From Laetmonice hystrix (lineage: Eukaryota), in NCBI GenBank assembly GCA_965235115.1, contig OZ249445.1, positions 9,238,001-9,302,000 of the forward strand: DNA of 64,000 nt, read 5' to 3'. The translations under genes were made by a program, and so were the position numbers. This document shows, piece by piece, positions 63,244 through 64,000 of the stretch. Position 1 is the stretch's first letter, and every line of letters starts with the position of its first letter. The notes beneath the pieces are model-generated. The model was not told the origin of the DNA. It saw only the letters and a list, made by a program, of their open reading frames with translations, and made no database searches.

Positions 63244-64000
63244 GTACGTTAATCCTCCCAGAGATTATAGACTGATTGACAGAAGGCAGGTACATGTCGG
63301 CATGATCAGGTTAATCCTGGTCGAGTTGCTTCTGTCTCATGATCAGTCATTTGTAAAGCTTGCCGACAAGATAACATGTCGCTTTGAAGTTCCACATGAA
63401 GTTGTTTGGTTTCCAGGAATGATAATCAATAATCAATACTGAGTGAGGTTACTTTTTTTGTTGAATTGATAAATAATGCTTCAACGAGAGAACTTGTTTT
63501 TTGAAAGTGTTTGATTGGATCCTTACCTTGTGAAATTGAGTGTTAAAGCAATTATCAATCATCTTTCAGTCACCAGTTACTAATGAGAAAATAATTCCTG
63601 TAAATGTTTTCACTACTTGGCAACTGACTCTTACCGCCCTGTGCTTATTTTAATATGTATGTGGTTGCCAGGCATTGATTGTACTGTACTTAATTTCTAT
63701 CATTTAATCGTGATTCCAAAGATTGACTGGGTTTATTTTAGAACATAAATTTGCAGCGTCGTTTAGAGATTTCAAGGGTATGCAATGTGAGTGGAGGAGT
63801 TTAAGGGTGAACGATCATGGAAACCAGGACTCAGCAATTTGGTCATAATTTTGAAACAGGGCCCTGCTCAGTGTAGTGATTCTCTCGCCTGTAAAACACT
63901 CTTTATCGTCAGAGAGCGGCATACACGGTAGCTCTAGGCCAAAGCACCCATCCCTACACTCCACACACTTACTCCCATAGTTGATCCCATGTACTCTTAC

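Overview
Intron-rich animal genomic DNA, probably from a marine invertebrate (inferred from gene content and TACATGTA/TAGGCCTA enrichment; species not determinable). Manual splice reconstruction gives five protein-coding genes, all on the + strand: (1) a 25-exon PLCL/PRIP-family phospholipase C (6819-27474, 5' end not located) that, unlike vertebrate PRIP, keeps all catalytic residues and contains a U12-type intron; (2) a 4-exon three-domain multicopper oxidase (32433-35927) with an Asp-rich stalk and C-terminal transmembrane anchor; (3) a small secreted IGFBP-like/follistatin-Kazal protein (39283 to about 41872); (4) a 6-exon, 495-aa gene fusing a divergent YTH domain to a Pol-beta-superfamily nucleotidyltransferase resembling the RlaP/PF10127 RNA-repair family (42328-44851), the best candidate for an undescribed system; (5) the 5' part of a WW-WW-PH PLEKHA5/6/7-like gene (45856 to beyond the window). 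The first 38.5 kb also holds seven unrelated minisatellites and five MITE-like inverted-repeat elements. No rRNA, tRNA or CRISPR array is supported. Family assignments come from motif recognition by eye, not database searches.
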